From: Camelus dromedarius
Taxonomy: Eukaryota
Length of the DNA stretch: 64,000 nucleotides
Direction of reading: 5' to 3'
Assembly: GCF_036321535.1 (NCBI RefSeq)
Contig: NC_087447.1
Coordinates: 52,330,001 to 52,394,000 of the forward strand
A program made the position numbers and the translations under genes. Below are positions 63,481-64,000 of the stretch, piece after piece. The stretch's first letter is position 1. Every line of letters begins with the position of its first letter. Below the pieces are notes generated by a model, which did not search any database, was not told where the DNA came from, and was given only the letters and a program-made list of their open reading frames with translations.

Positions 63481-64000
63481 TCCAGGTGTCTAACAGACTG
63501 GAATCCACAAGTTCTAATAGTCTCAGACGAAAAAACCTGTACCTTTTTTGGGCACTAACATGCTGTGTGTTCCAAGACGCACTAAGTCAGGATGCTTGAC
63601 TGCAAGTTTCTAACATGTCAGGGTTCTACGATTCTAAAATCCCAGCTTTCTACGGTTCTGTGAGCACACTCCCAATTCTGCAGGAGGAGGTGATAGATAG
63701 CCTGGGACAAGAGCTTTTAGGTCAGACAGTTTGCAGTCTTATCTGCGTGTGGCCTTTAGGCATGTGCAGTACATCGTGTACAAGAGAGGGAAGGTAAGCA
63801 CAGACATATAAAAGTATACAGTACAAGACAACGCATCCACTGGACAGCAAGGGCTGCTGCTTTTTTCCCACTTTGATGACAGGTTTAAAACACAATCAGA
63901 TCCATCTAGCTTTTCAGAGACTGAAACTTAGGAAACACAATGCAGCCCAGACATGCCATCAGAAGATGTGGCAGAGCTCTAAGGGGGAGATGGCACAGAG

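Noticed and set aside
1..64000. CRISPR arrays, tRNA/rRNA/snoRNA genes, processed pseudogenes
   Set aside because: I saw no regularly spaced repeats, RNA-gene signatures or recognisable retrocopied coding sequence. The poly(A)/(T) tracts lack an identifiable retrocopy body.

Overview
Eukaryotic (placental mammal) genomic DNA from inside the teneurin-4 gene (TENM4/ODZ4), transcribed on the minus strand. Two coding exons of the N-terminal intracellular domain are visible. The first is a 210-bp symmetric phase-1/phase-1 exon at 62497-62706 ([11 protein letters not shown]...SLGVAAN), which is probably an alternative cassette. The second is a 256-bp exon at 8404-8659 (DHPGGLQNH...NIPLETR). They are separated by a 53,837-bp intron, and each sits in a CpG-rich patch. 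The rest is intronic: ancient repeats (MIR, L2, L3/CR1, old L1M, MaLR/ERVL LTRs, hAT and Tigger fossils, several nested), microsatellites and homeobox-motif-rich unique stretches. I recognised no young lineage-specific SINE. The most unusual unexplained segment is an AT-rich ~0.9-kb block (31876-32787) bounded by TTAA and decayed inverted repeats, with broken reading frames resembling a piggyBac transposase. I saw no prokaryotic systems, RNA genes or CRISPR. Repeat family names are from memory of consensus sequences and their boundaries are approximate.
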